NCBI GenBank assembly: GCA_963668445.1
Contig: OY764335.1
Coordinates: 854,346-918,345, forward strand
Reading direction: 5' to 3'
Length of the DNA stretch: 64,000 nucleotides
From: an uncultured candidatus Porisulfidus sp.
GTDB taxonomy: Bacteria > Pseudomonadota > Gammaproteobacteria > Poriferisulfidales > Poriferisulfidaceae
The notes under the pieces were generated by a model, which saw nothing but the letters and a program-made list of their open reading frames with translations, did not search any database and was not told the origin of the DNA. This document shows, in pieces, positions 10,687-22,659 of the stretch (its first letter is position 1; each line of letters opens with the position of its first letter). Both the position numbers and the translations under genes were made by a program.

Positions 10687-10706
10687 CGTCTAGAATATTC
10701 TAGACG
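10687..10706. promoter_or_regulatory. Perfect 20-bp palindrome CGTCTAGAATATTCTAGACG in the divergent HAD-hydrolase / rpsL intergenic region; candidate operator
   Basis: Read directly. Perfect dyad symmetry, 65 nt upstream of the HAD start codon. Confidence 0.4.
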
Positions 10707-10764
10707 AGGACCGGCCGCCGGCGCGTCTCGGCCCGCCGGTGCGGGGGCGGTCCCGATTTTTTTG

Positions 10765-10773
10765 TGCTATAAT
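10765..10773 (+). promoter_or_regulatory. Candidate str-operon promoter: perfect extended -10 (TGcTATAAT), ~85 nt upstream of rpsL
   Basis: Sequence motif preceded by a T-tract; no good -35 element, consistent with an extended -10 promoter. Confidence 0.5.
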
Positions 10774-10791
10774 CGCCAGTCGGATTTCACG

Positions 10792-10830
10792 GGCCAGCCT
10801 CCGGCACCGGGCGCTGGCCTGTTTTTATGT
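10792..10830 (+). promoter_or_regulatory. Leader hairpin plus U-tract (terminator/attenuator-like) between the candidate rpsL promoter and the rpsL start codon
   Basis: 7-bp stem GGCCAGC/GCTGGCC with a GC-rich structured loop, followed by CTGTTTTTATGTTTT. Confidence 0.4.
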
Positions 10831-10857
10831 TTTGAATGAAGGATACGGCCGACGACC

Positions 10858-11238
10858 ATGGCAACGATCAATCAGTTGGTGCGCAAGCCGCGCAAGCGCC
10901 CAACCAGCAAGAGCAATGTGCCGGCGCTCATGCGCTGCCCGCAACGGCGCGGGGTCTGTACGCGCGTCTATACCACCACCCCGAAAAAGCCTAATTCCGC
11001 CTTGCGCAAGGTCGCCCGCGTCCGGCTGACCAACGGCTTCGAGGTCACCAGCTACATCGGCGGCGAAGGGCACAACCTCCAAGAGCATTCGGTCGTCCTG
11101 ATCCGGGGCGGTCGCGTCAAGGACCTGCCGGGCGTGCGCTACCACACGGTGCGCGGCAGCCTCGATACCCACGGCGTCTCCGACCGTCGGCAGGGCCGTT
11201 CCAAGTACGGGGCCAAGCGCCCCAAAGCAAGCGGCTGA
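10858..11238 (+). CDS. rpsL: 30S ribosomal protein S12
   Basis: Near-identical to bacterial S12 ([13 protein letters not shown]...[10 protein letters not shown]...). Confidence 0.97.
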   Translation: MATINQLVRKPRKRPTSKSNVPALMRCPQRRGVCTRVYTTTPKKPNSALRKVARVRLTNGFEVTSYIGGEGHNLQEHSVVLIRGGRVKDLPGVRYHTVRGSLDTHGVSDRRQGRSKYGAKRPKASG

Positions 11239-11259
11239 GCCGCCGCCAGTAGTTCTGCA

Positions 11260-11733
11260 ATGCCACGCCGCCGCGACGTGCCGAATCGGCCGACCGAGCC
11301 GGACCCGAAGTACGGGAAGGTCCAGCTGAGCCGCTTCGTCAATGCCCTGATGCGCGACGGCAAGAAGTCGGTTGCCGAGCGCATCCTGTACGACGCTCTG
11401 GACGAGATCGCACGTACGCGCAGCGGCGAGGAGGCCACGGCCGTGCTGGGGCAGGCGCTCGAGAACGTGCGCCCGCCGGTCGAAGTCAAATCCCGCCGAG
11501 TCGGCGGGGCCACCTATCAGGTGCCGGTCGAAGTCCGCCCGCAGCGGCAGGAAGCGTTGGCGATCCGCTGGATCATCGAATCGGCGCGCAAGCGCTCGGA
11601 GACCTCCATGAAGCGCCGCCTCGCCGGCGAACTGATGGACGCAGCGGACCGCAAGGGCATCGCCATCAAGAAGCGCGAGGACACCCTCAGCATGGCCGAA
11701 TCCAATCGTGCCTTCTCCCACTACCGCTGGTAA
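11260..11733 (+). CDS. rpsG: 30S ribosomal protein S7
   Basis: S7 homology along its full length; ends ...AFSHYRW as in E. coli. Confidence 0.97.
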   Translation: MPRRRDVPNRPTEPDPKYGKVQLSRFVNALMRDGKKSVAERILYDALDEIARTRSGEEATAVLGQALENVRPPVEVKSRRVGGATYQVPVEVRPQRQEALAIRWIIESARKRSETSMKRRLAGELMDAADRKGIAIKKREDTLSMAESNRAFSHYRW

Positions 11734-11738
11734 GACCC

Positions 11739-13835
11739 ATGGCCCGCCAGACCCCCCTCGGCCGCTACCGGAACATCGGCATCATGGCCCATATCGATGC
11801 GGGCAAGACGACCACGACCGAGCGCATCCTGTTCTACACCGGCATCTCGCACAAGATTGGCGAGGTGCACGACGGCGCGGCAGTCATGGATTGGATGGAA
11901 CAGGAGCAGGAGCGCGGCATCACCATCACGTCGGCGGCGACTACCTGCTTTTGGAGCGGCATGGCGCGGAACATGGACGAACACCGCATCAACATCATCG
12001 ACACACCCGGGCATGTCGACTTCACCATTGAAGTCGAACGTTCGCTGCGAGTGCTGGATGGCGCCTGCGCCGTATTCTGCGCCGTCGGCGGGGTCGAGCC
12101 GCAGTCCGAGACCGTCTGGCGCCAAGCCAACCGCTACGGCGTGCCGCGCCTCGCGTTCGTCAACAAGATGGACCGCGCCGGCGCCGACTTCCCGCGAGTG
12201 GTCGGACAGATCCGCGAACGCCTGCAGGCGATGCCGGTACCGGTGCAGCTGCCGATCGGCGCGGAGGACACCTTCCAGGGCGTGGTCGACCTGATCGAGC
12301 AGAAGGCGATCTACTGGAGCAACGACGACATGGGAACTACGTTCGAATACCGGGATGTGCCCGGCGAATACATGGACGCATGCGCCGAAGGACGCGAGCA
12401 GATGATGGAACTGGCGGCCGAGGCCGACGATGCGCTCATGGAGAAGTATTTGGAGGAGGGAGAACTGTCGCCGGTCGATGTCCGGGCAGGACTGCGCATG
12501 CGCACGCTGGCGAATGAAGTGGTGCCGGTGCTGTGCGGCTCGGCATTCAAGAACAAGGGCGTACAGGCGATGCTGGACGCGGTCGTCCACTACCTGCCGT
12601 CGCCGCAGGACGTGCCGGCCATCAAAGGCCACTTGGAAGATGGCGCTGAAGGCGTCCGCACCTCGAACGACGAGGAGCCGTTCGCGGCGCTGGCGTTCAA
12701 AGTGGCGACCGACCCGTTCGTCGGCACGCTGACATTCTTCCGCATGTACTCCGGTGTGCTGGAGTCCGGCTCCGCAGCATTCAATCCGGTCAAGTCGAAC
12801 AAGGAGCGCATCGGACGCATCCTGCAGATGCATTCCAATCGCCGCGAAGAAATCAAGGAAGTGCGCGCTGGCGACATCGCCGCCGCCGTCGGGCTGAAGA
12901 ACGTGGCCACCGGCGACACGCTGTGCGCCATGAACGCGCCGATCACGCTGGAGCGCATGAGCTTCCCGGATCCGGTGATTTCGGTCGCGGTGGAGCCGAA
13001 GACCAAGGCCGATCAGGAAAAAATGGGTGTGGCACTGCAGAAACTGGCGCAGGAAGACCCGTCGTTCCGCGTGTCGTCCGACGAAGAGTCCGGACAGACC
13101 ATCATCTCCGGCATGGGCGAACTGCATCTGGAAATCATCGTCGACCGGCTGCGCCGCGAATTCGGCGTTGAGGCGAACGTCGGAGCACCGCAGGTCAGCT
13201 ACCGCGAAACCATCCGCAAGCCCATCGAACAGGAAGGCCGCTTCGTGCGGCAGACCGGCGGACGCGGCCAGTACGGCCACGTATGGCTGCGTATCGAGCC
13301 GCAGGAGCCGGGCACCGGCTACGCCTTCGAGAACGAGATCGTCGGCGGCGCCGTGCCGAAGGAATACATCCCCGCCGTGGGCAAGGGCGTGGCGGAGCAG
13401 ATGCAGAACGGCGTCATCGCCGGCTACCCGGTCGTGGACGTGCGCGTCACCTTGTACGACGGTTCGTTCCACGAAGTCGATTCGTCCGAGACGGCCTTCA
13501 AGATCGCCGGCTCAATGGCGTTCCGAGCCGGGGCGCAGAACGCCAGTCCGGTGCTGCTGGAGCCGGTAATGAAGGTCGAAGTGGTGACCCCCGAAGACTA
13601 CATGGGCGATGTGGTCGGCGACATCAATCGGCGCCGCGGCATCGTCGGCGGCATGGAGGATTCGCCCGGCGGCAAGATCATCCGAGCCGAAGTTCCACTC
13701 AAGGAGATGTTCGGCTATGCCACCGACCTGCGCTCGGCCACGCAAGGGCGAGCGACCTATTCGATGGAATTCACCAAATACGCGGAAGTGCCGGGCAATA
13801 TTGCCGAGACGGTGGTTTCGCGCAGCCAAAACTAA
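11739..13835 (+). CDS. fusA: Elongation factor G
   Basis: GTPase motifs AHIDAGKTT and DTPGHVDF; 698 aa of EF-G homology. Host-typical C-ending codon usage (GGC, TTC, GAA/GAG mixed). Confidence 0.97.
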   Translation: MARQTPLGRYRNIGIMAHIDAGKTTTTERILFYTGISHKIGEVHDGAAVMDWMEQEQERGITITSAATTCFWSGMARNMDEHRINIIDTPGHVDFTIEVERSLRVLDGACAVFCAVGGVEPQSETVWRQANRYGVPRLAFVNKMDRAGADFPRVVGQIRERLQAMPVPVQLPIGAEDTFQGVVDLIEQKAIYWSNDDMGTTFEYRDVPGEYMDACAEGREQMMELAAEADDALMEKYLEEGELSPVDVRAGLRMRTLANEVVPVLCGSAFKNKGVQAMLDAVVHYLPSPQDVPAIKGHLEDGAEGVRTSNDEEPFAALAFKVATDPFVGTLTFFRMYSGVLESGSAAFNPVKSNKERIGRILQMHSNRREEIKEVRAGDIAAAVGLKNVATGDTLCAMNAPITLERMSFPDPVISVAVEPKTKADQEKMGVALQKLAQEDPSFRVSSDEESGQTIISGMGELHLEIIVDRLRREFGVEANVGAPQVSYRETIRKPIEQEGRFVRQTGGRGQYGHVWLRIEPQEPGTGYAFENEIVGGAVPKEYIPAVGKGVAEQMQNGVIAGYPVVDVRVTLYDGSFHEVDSSETAFKIAGSMAFRAGAQNASPVLLEPVMKVEVVTPEDYMGDVVGDINRRRGIVGGMEDSPGGKIIRAEVPLKEMFGYATDLRSATQGRATYSMEFTKYAEVPGNIAETVVSRSQN

Positions 13836-13850
13836 CCGGGAGAGAGACTC

Positions 13851-15041
<1,191 letters not shown>

Positions 15042-15075
15042 GCCCCATTGCCGCGCACGAACCGATACTGCAGCC

Positions 15076-15480
15076 ATGGCCACACCGAAAAAAGCCGCCG
15101 CGAAGAAAGCCACCTCCAAGCAGGCGAAGGCGGCTGATGCGACGCCGGCCGGGCCTAAGGCCGAAGCCAAGGCTTCGCAATACAGCAGCTTGCGTCTGCG
15201 GCTCAAGGCGTTCGACCACCGTCTGGTGGATCAGTCGGCGCGCGAAATCGTCGATACGGCACGCCGTACGGGAGCCAAGGTGCGCGGGCCGATTCCCTTG
15301 CCGACGCGCAAGGAACTGTTTACCGTGCTGATTTCGCCGCATGTGGACAAGGACGCGCGCGATCAGTACGAAATGCGCACGCACAAGCGTGTGATCGATA
15401 TCATCAATCCGTCCGAGAAGACGGTCGACGCGCTGATGAAGCTTGATCTCCCAGCGGGCATTAGCGTGCAGCTGAAGTAA
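15076..15480 (+). CDS. rpsJ: 30S ribosomal protein S10, apparently with a 38-aa Lys/Ala-rich N-terminal extension
   Basis: Canonical S10 core [16 protein letters not shown]...ISVQLK. No ATG/GTG sits at the canonical start; the conserved-core position is Ser. The in-frame ATG at 15076 gives [33 protein letters not shown]. The extension has high GC3, consistent with coding. An alternative TTG start at 15190 cannot be excluded. Confidence 0.75.
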   Translation: MATPKKAAAKKATSKQAKAADATPAGPKAEAKASQYSSLRLRLKAFDHRLVDQSAREIVDTARRTGAKVRGPIPLPTRKELFTVLISPHVDKDARDQYEMRTHKRVIDIINPSEKTVDALMKLDLPAGISVQLK

Positions 15481-15491
15481 TGGAGTGCGCC

Positions 15492-16118
15492 ATGAGCCTC
15501 GGCATCGTCGGCACCAAACTGGGCATGACCCGCGTGTTCCGCGAGAGCGGCGAGTCGGTGCCGGTGACCTTGGTGGCGATTGAGGCCAATCGGGTGGTGC
15601 GCGTCAAAACGGCGGCATCGGACGGCTACAGCGCCGTTCAGATTGCCTTCGGCTCGCGGCCGGTGAAACGCATGAATCGGGCATTGGCGGGCGAACTCAA
15701 GCGCGCTGGCTTGGAACTGGCGCGCGGTCTGATGGAATTCCGCATGGAGCCGAATGCGGACATGCCGGAAGTGGCGGCCGAAATCGGTGCCGACCTGTTC
15801 GAAGCCGGACAGAAGGTCAACGTCAGCGGCACTAGCATCGGCAAGGGCTTCGCCGGCACGATCAAACGGCACAATTTCCGAGGCCAGGACCGCTCGCACG
15901 GCAATTCGCTGTCGCACCGGGTGATGGGGGCGACCGGGCAGTGCCAGTTCCCGGGCCGCGTGTTCAAAGGCAAGAAGATGCCGGGGCGCATGGGCGGCAA
16001 ACGGGTGACGCAGCGCAATCTCGAAATCGTGCAGACCGATCCGGCGCAGCAGCTTCTATGGATCCGCGGTGCGATTCCGGGAGCGCAGGGCGGACGCGTC
16101 GTGGTGCGTCCGGCGTGA
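15492..16118 (+). CDS. rplC: 50S ribosomal protein L3
   Basis: L3 homology from MSLGIVGTKLGMTRVF. GGAG lies 6 nt upstream of the ATG at 15492. Confidence 0.95.
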   Translation: MSLGIVGTKLGMTRVFRESGESVPVTLVAIEANRVVRVKTAASDGYSAVQIAFGSRPVKRMNRALAGELKRAGLELARGLMEFRMEPNADMPEVAAEIGADLFEAGQKVNVSGTSIGKGFAGTIKRHNFRGQDRSHGNSLSHRVMGATGQCQFPGRVFKGKKMPGRMGGKRVTQRNLEIVQTDPAQQLLWIRGAIPGAQGGRVVVRPA

Positions 16119-16129
16119 TGGGCAGAGCC

Positions 16130-16747
16130 ATGGAAATTACGATGCGCGACACTCAGGACGCACTGACGGTGGCGGACGAGTGCTTCGATGCGGCGTTCCA
16201 TGAAGCGCTGGTGCATCAGGCGGTGCGGACCTATGCCCAAGGAGCCCGTCAGGGCGATGCCGCGCAGAAGAATCGTGCGGCCGTACGCGGTGGCGGCGCC
16301 AAGCCATGGCGCCAGAAAGGCACGGGCCGGGCGCGGGCCGGTTCGATTCGCTCGCCCATATGGCGCGGCGGCGGCGTGGCGCATCCGGCCGGCAAACGCA
16401 GCTACAAGCTCAAGATGAACCGCAAAATGTACCGCCAAGCGATGCGTTCGATCTTTTCGGAACTGCTACGGCAGGAACGCATGCATGTGGTGCAGGATTT
16501 CGTGTTGCCGGAGCCGAAGACGCGTTTGGCGCTCGAAAAGCTGGAAGCCTTCGGCTTGTCGAACGCACTGATTCTGGTGGACAAGATGGAACCGAATGTG
16601 TACTTGGCGGTACGCAACTTGAAGAACTACGACGCCTGCGAGGTGCAGGCCGCCGACCCGGTGTCGCTGCTGCGCTACGAGCATGTGCTGGTGACGCAAG
16701 CAGCCTTGGGCCAGATCGAAAAGCGTTTGGGAGGCTCGCCGTCATGA
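16130..16747 (+). CDS. rplD: 50S ribosomal protein L4
   Basis: L4 homology (..KPWRQKGTGRARAGSIRSPIWRGGG..). Confidence 0.95.
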   Translation: MEITMRDTQDALTVADECFDAAFHEALVHQAVRTYAQGARQGDAAQKNRAAVRGGGAKPWRQKGTGRARAGSIRSPIWRGGGVAHPAGKRSYKLKMNRKMYRQAMRSIFSELLRQERMHVVQDFVLPEPKTRLALEKLEAFGLSNALILVDKMEPNVYLAVRNLKNYDACEVQAADPVSLLRYEHVLVTQAALGQIEKRLGGSPS

Positions 16748-17184
16748 GTTTCCTGAAGAAAATCAAGGGTTTATTTTCACCGAAGCCGAAGGCCGAGCCC
16801 GAAAAGCCGAAGGTTGCCAAGGCCGTCAAGGCCGAAAAGCCTCGCAAGGTCGAAAAGCGCCCCGCGCCGGAGAAGCCGGTCGCCGTAGCGAAGCCGAAAC
16901 ACAGCGAGGAGCGCCTGACCCAAGTGCTGCGCAGCCCGCACGTCTCCGAAAAGTCGGTACAGATGGCGGAGCGAGAGCAGCATGCTTTCGAAGTGCGCAA
17001 GGATGCAACCCGGGACGAAGTCAAGGCGGCCGTTGAGTTGCTGCTCAAGGTCCAAGTTCAGGAAGTGCGAATGATTAACGTGCGCGGCAAGCAGAAGCGC
17101 AACGGCAAGCGCTCGGATTGGCGCAAGGCATATGTGCGCTTGATGCCGGGCCAGGCCTTGGATGGCGGGGAGCTCAGCGCATGA
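16744..17184 (+). CDS. rplW: 50S ribosomal protein L23 with a ~50-aa Lys/Pro/Ala/Glu-rich N-terminal extension
   Basis: The ATG overlaps the rplD stop (ATGA). The conserved L23 core starts at ..[17 protein letters not shown].. It is preceded by [54 protein letters not shown]. No alternative start exists near the core. Confidence 0.9.
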   Translation: MSFLKKIKGLFSPKPKAEPEKPKVAKAVKAEKPRKVEKRPAPEKPVAVAKPKHSEERLTQVLRSPHVSEKSVQMAEREQHAFEVRKDATRDEVKAAVELLLKVQVQEVRMINVRGKQKRNGKRSDWRKAYVRLMPGQALDGGELSA

Positions 17185-18011
17185 CCATCGTCAAGGCACG
17201 GCCTACGTCGCCCGGACGCCGGTTCCGCGCCAGCGTACGTACGCCGGGGCTGCACCGCGGACAGCCGTACCAGCCGCTGGTGCATGGACAGGCGAAAACG
17301 GGCGGCCGCAACAATCAGGGACGCATCACGACGCGCCACATCGGTGGCGGCCACAAGCAGCGGTACCGCGTGATCGATTTCCGCCGCAACAAGGACGACA
17401 TTCCGGCTAAGGTCGAGCGACTGGAATACGACCCGAACCGCAGTGCGCACATCGCGCTGCTGTTGTACGCGGATGGCGAGCGGCGCTACATCGTGGCTCC
17501 GGAAGGCGTGCAGCCGGGCACGGAAGTGCAGTCCGGCGAGAAGGCGCCGATTGCGCCGGGCAATTGCTTGCCGCTGCGCAGCATGCCGGTGGGCATCGTA
17601 GTGCATTGCGTGGAATTGCGGCCTAGCGGCGGCGCGCGTCTGGCACGCAGCGCCGGTGCCCATGTGCAGTTGCTGGCCCGCGAGGGTGCCTATGCGACGC
17701 TGCGGCTGCGGTCCGGAGAGGTGCGCAAGGTGCTTGCAGAGTGCAGGGCGACGATCGGAGAAGTGGGAAACGCGGAGCATTCGCTGGCCAAACTGGGCAA
17801 GGCGGGAGCCCGGCGCTGGCGCGGCGTGCGGCCGACCGTGCGCGGCGTCGCCATGAATCCGGTCGACCATCCGCACGGCGGAGGCGAAGGCAAGACCTCG
17901 GGCGGCCGCCATCCGGTCACGCCATGGGGCGTGCCGACCAAAGGACACAAAACGCGGCACAGCAAGCGGACCGACCGCTTGATTGTCCGCCGCCGCCGCA
18001 AGAAACGGTGA
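17181..18011 (+). CDS. rplB: 50S ribosomal protein L2
   Basis: L2 homology ([15 protein letters not shown]...). Start overlaps the rplW stop. Confidence 0.96.
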   Translation: MTIVKARPTSPGRRFRASVRTPGLHRGQPYQPLVHGQAKTGGRNNQGRITTRHIGGGHKQRYRVIDFRRNKDDIPAKVERLEYDPNRSAHIALLLYADGERRYIVAPEGVQPGTEVQSGEKAPIAPGNCLPLRSMPVGIVVHCVELRPSGGARLARSAGAHVQLLAREGAYATLRLRSGEVRKVLAECRATIGEVGNAEHSLAKLGKAGARRWRGVRPTVRGVAMNPVDHPHGGGEGKTSGGRHPVTPWGVPTKGHKTRHSKRTDRLIVRRRRKKR

Positions 18012-18015
18012 TGCC

Positions 18016-18291
18016 ATGCCGCGTTCGCTGAAGAAAGGGCCGTTCGTTGACCATCATCTGATGGCCAAAGTGCTGGAGGCCGTCCGCAGCAATGATCGCC
18101 GCCAGATCAAAACCTGGTCGCGCCGCTCCATGATCGTGCCGGAGATGGTGGGCCTGACGCTGGCGGTCCATAACGGCCGGCGGCATGTGCCGGTGCTGAT
18201 CAACGAGAACATGGTCGGGCATAAGCTGGGCGAATTCGCGCTGACGCGGACATTCCGGCAGCACGCAGGCGACCGCAAGGCGAAAAGCTGA
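18016..18291 (+). CDS. rpsS: 30S ribosomal protein S19
   Basis: [15 protein letters not shown]... S19 signature. Confidence 0.96.
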   Translation: MPRSLKKGPFVDHHLMAKVLEAVRSNDRRQIKTWSRRSMIVPEMVGLTLAVHNGRRHVPVLINENMVGHKLGEFALTRTFRQHAGDRKAKS

Positions 18292-18629
18292 TGGAAACGC
18301 AAGCCGTCGCCCGCAATCAGCGTATCAGCCCGCGCAAGTGCCGGCTGACGGCCGATCAGGTGCGCAACCTGTCAGTGGGCGAGGCTCTGGACATTTTGCG
18401 GTTCTCGCGAGAGAAGGCGGCGCAGCTGGTGCGCAAGACGCTGGAATCGGCACTGGCGAACGCAGAAAACAATCACGGAGCCGACATCGACCTGCTGCAT
18501 GTGTGCCGGATTACGGTCGATGAAGGGCCGGTGTTCAAGCGGTTCCGACCGCGCGCGCGCGGGCGGGTCGGCAAGATCCTCAAGCGCACCAGCCATATCA
18601 CCGTCGTCTTGAGCGACGCACAGGAGTAG
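18291..18629 (+). CDS. rplV: 50S ribosomal protein L22
   Basis: L22 homology. Start overlaps the rpsS stop. Confidence 0.95.
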   Translation: METQAVARNQRISPRKCRLTADQVRNLSVGEALDILRFSREKAAQLVRKTLESALANAENNHGADIDLLHVCRITVDEGPVFKRFRPRARGRVGKILKRTSHITVVLSDAQE

Positions 18630-18632
18630 GGC

Positions 18633-19292
18633 ATGGGACAGAAAGTCAATCCGATCGGATTCCGCTTAGGCGTGATGACCGACTGGAACTCGCACTGGTA
18701 CGCAGAGCGCAGCGAGTATCGGAACCAGCTCAACAATGACCTCATGGTCCGAGAGTTCCTGCGGCGCAAGCTGGCGCAGGCTTCGGTCAGCCGCATCCAG
18801 ATCGAGCGGCGCAACGAGATGGTGGGGATTACCATCCATACGGCGCGCCCCGGCATCGTCATCGGCAAGAAGGGCAACGACATCGAAATCTTGCGGCGCG
18901 AAGTTGCACAGATGATGAATCTGGGTTTGGGCATGGTCAAGATCAACATCGAGGAAATCCATAATCCGGAAGTGGACGCGCATCTGGTAGCGGAAAGCGT
19001 GGCGCAGCAGCTCGAAGGCCGAATCATGTACCGGCGGGCAATGAAGCGGGCCGTGCAGAACGCCATGCGGCTGGGAGTCCAAGGCATCAAATTGAACGTG
19101 GCGGGCCGCTTGAACGGCGCCGACATCGCACGCAGCGAATGGTACCGCGAAGGGCGCGTGCCGCTGCATACCTTGCGTGCAGACATCGACTACGGCTTCG
19201 CCGAAGCGCACACCACATACGGCATCATTGGCGTCAAGGCTTGGATCTTCAATGGCGAGGTCGGCGGGCTTGAAGGATCGAGCGGGAAATAG
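18633..19292 (+). CDS. rpsC: 30S ribosomal protein S3
   Basis: [13 protein letters not shown]... KH/S3 domains. Confidence 0.96.
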   Translation: MGQKVNPIGFRLGVMTDWNSHWYAERSEYRNQLNNDLMVREFLRRKLAQASVSRIQIERRNEMVGITIHTARPGIVIGKKGNDIEILRREVAQMMNLGLGMVKINIEEIHNPEVDAHLVAESVAQQLEGRIMYRRAMKRAVQNAMRLGVQGIKLNVAGRLNGADIARSEWYREGRVPLHTLRADIDYGFAEAHTTYGIIGVKAWIFNGEVGGLEGSSGK

Positions 19293-19307
19293 AGGAAGAT
19301 CTGGATC

Positions 19308-19721
19308 ATGATGCAGCCCAAGCGCACCCGCTACCGCAAACAGCAGAAAGGCCGGAATCGAGGCCTGTCGCTGCGTGGGCATAAGGTCAGCTTTGGCGAA
19401 TACGGGCTGAAGGCGACGACTAGCGGGCGACTGACTTCGCGGCAAATCGAAGCCGGACGGCGAGCGCTGACGCGGCATATCCGGCGCGGCGGCAAGATCT
19501 GGATACGCATCTTTCCAGATGTCCCGGTCACCAAGAAGCCGCTGGAATCCCGGCAGGGCAAGGGCAAGGGCAATGTGGAGTACTGGGTCGCGAAGATCCA
19601 GCCGGGACGTATGCTGTACGAAATGGAAGGCGTCCACGAAACGCTGGCGCGCGAAGCTTTCCGCCGCGCCGCAGCCAAACTTCCTGTCCAAACTTCTTTC
19701 GTCCGACGCACGCACGCCTGA
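19308..19721 (+). CDS. rplP: 50S ribosomal protein L16
   Basis: [19 protein letters not shown]... L16 signature. Confidence 0.96.
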   Translation: MMQPKRTRYRKQQKGRNRGLSLRGHKVSFGEYGLKATTSGRLTSRQIEAGRRALTRHIRRGGKIWIRIFPDVPVTKKPLESRQGKGKGNVEYWVAKIQPGRMLYEMEGVHETLAREAFRRAAAKLPVQTSFVRRTHA

Positions 19722-19921
19722 TGGACATGCAGACCTTGCGCGGAAAGGACGATGCGGAATTGCGGGCCGAATTGCTGCGCCTGCGGCGCAGCCAGTTCGA
19801 ATTGCGGACACAGTTGCGCACCGGGCAATTGTCGCGCAACCATCAGCTGGGTGAAGCACGGCGCGACATCGCTCGCATCAAGACGTTGCTAGCGGAACGC
19901 CGGCAAGGAGATGGCCAATGA
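19721..19921 (+). CDS. rpmC: 50S ribosomal protein L29
   Basis: L29 homology (..[23 protein letters not shown]). Start overlaps the rplP stop. Confidence 0.9.
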   Translation: MDMQTLRGKDDAELRAELLRLRRSQFELRTQLRTGQLSRNHQLGEARRDIARIKTLLAERRQGDGQ

Positions 19922-20178
19922 CCGATAAGATTCGTTCCGTAGTCGGGGAGGTCACCAGCGACCGCATGGACAAGACGGTGGCGGTGCAGGTGGTGCGCCA
20001 GCAGCGTCATCCCTTGTACGGCAAATACGTTCGCCGGTCGACCAAGGTGCTCGCGCATGACGAGGAGAACCGAGCCCGGGTCGGCGACCGCGTGCGCATC
20101 CGCGAATGCCGCCCGCGCTCCAAGTGCAAGGCGTGGGAAGTGCTCGAAGTTCTGGAATCTCCGGGAGGCCGGGCATGA
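19918..20178 (+). CDS. rpsQ: 30S ribosomal protein S17
   Basis: S17 homology (..[18 protein letters not shown]..). Confidence 0.95.
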   Translation: MTDKIRSVVGEVTSDRMDKTVAVQVVRQQRHPLYGKYVRRSTKVLAHDEENRARVGDRVRIRECRPRSKCKAWEVLEVLESPGGRA

Positions 20179-20543
20179 TTCAGGTCGAGACGATGCTGGA
20201 TGCCGCAGACAACAGCGGCGCGCGCAAAGTGCAATGCATCAAGGTGCTGGGAGGCTCCCGACGGCGCTACGCCCGCATTGGCGATGTGATCAAAATCAGC
20301 GTCAAGGATGCGATCCCTCGCGGCAAGGTGCGCAAAGGGGAGGTCTTGGATGCGGTCGTTGTGCGTACGGCACATGGCGTGCGCCGTCGCGACGGCTCGC
20401 TTCTGCGCTTCGATCGCAATGCGGCCGTCCTGCTCAACAACCAAATGCAGCCGATCGGCACCCGCATCTTCGGCCCGGTGACGCGGGAACTGCGCACCGG
20501 CAAATTCATGAAGATCATTTCGCTCGCTCCGGAAGTTCTGTGA
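20175..20543 (+). CDS. rplN: 50S ribosomal protein L14
   Basis: [18 protein letters not shown]... L14 signature. Start overlaps the rpsQ stop. Confidence 0.96.
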   Translation: MIQVETMLDAADNSGARKVQCIKVLGGSRRRYARIGDVIKISVKDAIPRGKVRKGEVLDAVVVRTAHGVRRRDGSLLRFDRNAAVLLNNQMQPIGTRIFGPVTRELRTGKFMKIISLAPEVL

Positions 20544-20551
20544 GGCGCACG

Positions 20552-20869
20552 ATGAACAAGATCCGCAAAGGCGACGTAGTCATGGTGACGACCGGCAAGG
20601 AACGCGGTCGGCAGGGCACGGTATCGAAGGTGCTCCCGGACGGTCGGATTCTTGTGGACGGACTGAATCTGGTGAAGCGGCACACCAAGCCGCAGCCGCA
20701 ACAGGGCCGGCAGGGCGGCATCATCGAGCGGGAAGCGCCGCTGGATGCGTCGAATGTGCAGTTGTTCAATCCGGTGACCAAGCGCGCCGACCGGGTGGGC
20801 TTCCGAGTTCTGGAGGACGGGCGCAAAGTGCGCTACTTCAAATCGAACAATGAAGTGGTCGATGTTTGA
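20552..20869 (+). CDS. rplX: 50S ribosomal protein L24
   Basis: [19 protein letters not shown]... KOW/L24. Confidence 0.95.
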   Translation: MNKIRKGDVVMVTTGKERGRQGTVSKVLPDGRILVDGLNLVKRHTKPQPQQGRQGGIIEREAPLDASNVQLFNPVTKRADRVGFRVLEDGRKVRYFKSNNEVVDV

Positions 20870-20876
20870 GGGAATG

Positions 20877-21416
20877 ATGGCTAGATTGAAACAACTTTAT
20901 GCCGACGATATCCGTCCCCGCATGCAAAAGGAGATGGGGGCGAAGAGCCCGATGGCGGTGCCGCGGCTTGAAAAGATTACGCTCAACATGGGCTTGGGCG
21001 CGTCGGCGCGCGATAAGAAGGTGGTCGAGAGTGCCCTCGACGATTTGGGCCGCATCAGCAGCCAGAAGCCGGTTGTGACGCGGGCGCGGAAATCGGTGGC
21101 CGGCTTTGCAGTGCGCGAGGGCTGGCCGGTCGGTTGCTGCGTGACCTTGCGCCGCACCCTGATGTACGAATTCTTGGATCGGCTGATCAACATCGCCATT
21201 CCGCGCATGCGCGACTTCCGGGGACTGCCCGCACGGGCTTTCGACGGCCGCGGAAACTACAGTTTGGGCATTCCGGAGCAGATTGTCTTCCCGGAAATCG
21301 ATTACGACAACATCGACCAGATGCGAGGCTTGAATGTGACCATCACGACCAGCGCGCGTAGCGACACGGAAGCGGAAGCCTTGCTGCGTGCCTTCAATTT
21401 TCCGCTGCGGGGCTGA
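20877..21416 (+). CDS. rplE: 50S ribosomal protein L5
   Basis: L5 homology from [11 protein letters not shown].. (..[14 protein letters not shown]..). The ORF track start at 20850 is not supported by alignment. Confidence 0.93.
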   Translation: MARLKQLYADDIRPRMQKEMGAKSPMAVPRLEKITLNMGLGASARDKKVVESALDDLGRISSQKPVVTRARKSVAGFAVREGWPVGCCVTLRRTLMYEFLDRLINIAIPRMRDFRGLPARAFDGRGNYSLGIPEQIVFPEIDYDNIDQMRGLNVTITTSARSDTEAEALLRAFNFPLRG

Positions 21417-21417
21417 C

Positions 21418-21723
21418 ATGGCTAAGATGAGTATGATCCAACGGGACCTAAAGCGGACGCGCTTGGTGCGCCGCTATGCGAAGCGCCGTGCTGCTGTCCG
21501 AGCCGTCATCAGAAATCCGGAAAGTACGCTGGAGCAGCGCGTGGAGGCTCAGAAAGCGCTTCAGAAACTGCCGCGCGATTCGGCACCGACCCGGCAACGC
21601 AACCGCTGCGCCATCACAGGCCGCCCGCGTGGCTACTATCGGCGCTTCGGCTTGGGGCGTAACAAACTGCGGGAAGCGGCAATGCGCGGCGATATCCCCG
21701 GCCTGACCAAGGCGAGCTGGTGA
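21418..21723 (+). CDS. rpsN: 30S ribosomal protein S14
   Basis: [10 protein letters not shown]...[28 protein letters not shown]. Confidence 0.93.
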   Translation: MAKMSMIQRDLKRTRLVRRYAKRRAAVRAVIRNPESTLEQRVEAQKALQKLPRDSAPTRQRNRCAITGRPRGYYRRFGLGRNKLREAAMRGDIPGLTKASW

Positions 21724-21733
21724 GGGCCTTCTG

Positions 21734-22129
21734 ATGAGCATGCAAGATCCGATCGCCGATATGCTGACACGCATCCGCAATGCCCAGCAGGCGCGGCACG
21801 AAGAAGTGGAAATGAACCATTCCAATCAGCGCGAGGCGCTGGCGGACGTGTTGCGCGGCGAGGGCTATATTGCGGCCTGCGAGGTGCTGGACGGTACGCC
21901 GTCCAAGCGTCTGAAGATTACTTTGAAATACCATGACGGCGTACCGGTCATCGACCGCTTGCGCCGAGTCAGTCGGCCGGGACTGCGCGTATATCGCAGC
22001 GTTCGCGACCTGCCGTGGGTGCGCGGTGGCTTAGGCTGCGCAGTCGTTTCGACATCGCGCGGCGTCATGACCGACCACGAAGCGCGCAAAAGCGGCTGCG
22101 GCGGAGAAGTGCTCTGCACGGTGGAGTAG
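21734..22129 (+). CDS. rpsH: 30S ribosomal protein S8
   Basis: [17 protein letters not shown]... S8 signature. Confidence 0.96.
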   Translation: MSMQDPIADMLTRIRNAQQARHEEVEMNHSNQREALADVLRGEGYIAACEVLDGTPSKRLKITLKYHDGVPVIDRLRRVSRPGLRVYRSVRDLPWVRGGLGCAVVSTSRGVMTDHEARKSGCGGEVLCTVE

Positions 22130-22134
22130 CGAAC

Positions 22135-22659
22135 ATGTCGCGCATTGCCAAACGCCCCATTCCCTTGCCGGAAAAAGTCGACTTGACGGTGGACGGCCGG
22201 ACGCTTACGGTCAAGGGCCCCAAGGGAGAAATGTCGCTGCAGTTGGCGGAGCCGGTCACCATGCGCGAAGAAGACCGGGTGGTGTACTTTGATGCGCCGC
22301 CGCATGCGCAGATGCTGGCGGGAACCATGAACGCATTGTTCGCGTGCAACATCAAGGGGGTTCAGGAAGGCTACTCCAAGAAGTTGGAACTGGTCGGCGT
22401 CGGCTATCGGGCGCAGATGCGCGGCCAAGACTTGAATTTGAATCTGGGCTTTTCGCATCCGGTCATCTACAAAGCGCCCACCGGCGTGACGCTGGAGACG
22501 CCGAGCCAGACCGAAGTGGTCGTGTCGGGCATCGACAAGCAAAAGGTCGGCCAGGCCGCGGCTGAGATCCGCGCCTACCGCCCGCCGGAGCCGTACAAAG
22601 GAAAAGGCGTGCGCTACAGCGACGAGCATGTGCTGCGCAAGGAGGCAAAGAAGAAATGA
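22135..22659 (+). CDS. rplF: 50S ribosomal protein L6
   Basis: [21 protein letters not shown]... L6. ATG at 22135. Confidence 0.94.
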   Translation: MSRIAKRPIPLPEKVDLTVDGRTLTVKGPKGEMSLQLAEPVTMREEDRVVYFDAPPHAQMLAGTMNALFACNIKGVQEGYSKKLELVGVGYRAQMRGQDLNLNLGFSHPVIYKAPTGVTLETPSQTEVVVSGIDKQKVGQAAAEIRAYRPPEPYKGKGVRYSDEHVLRKEAKKK

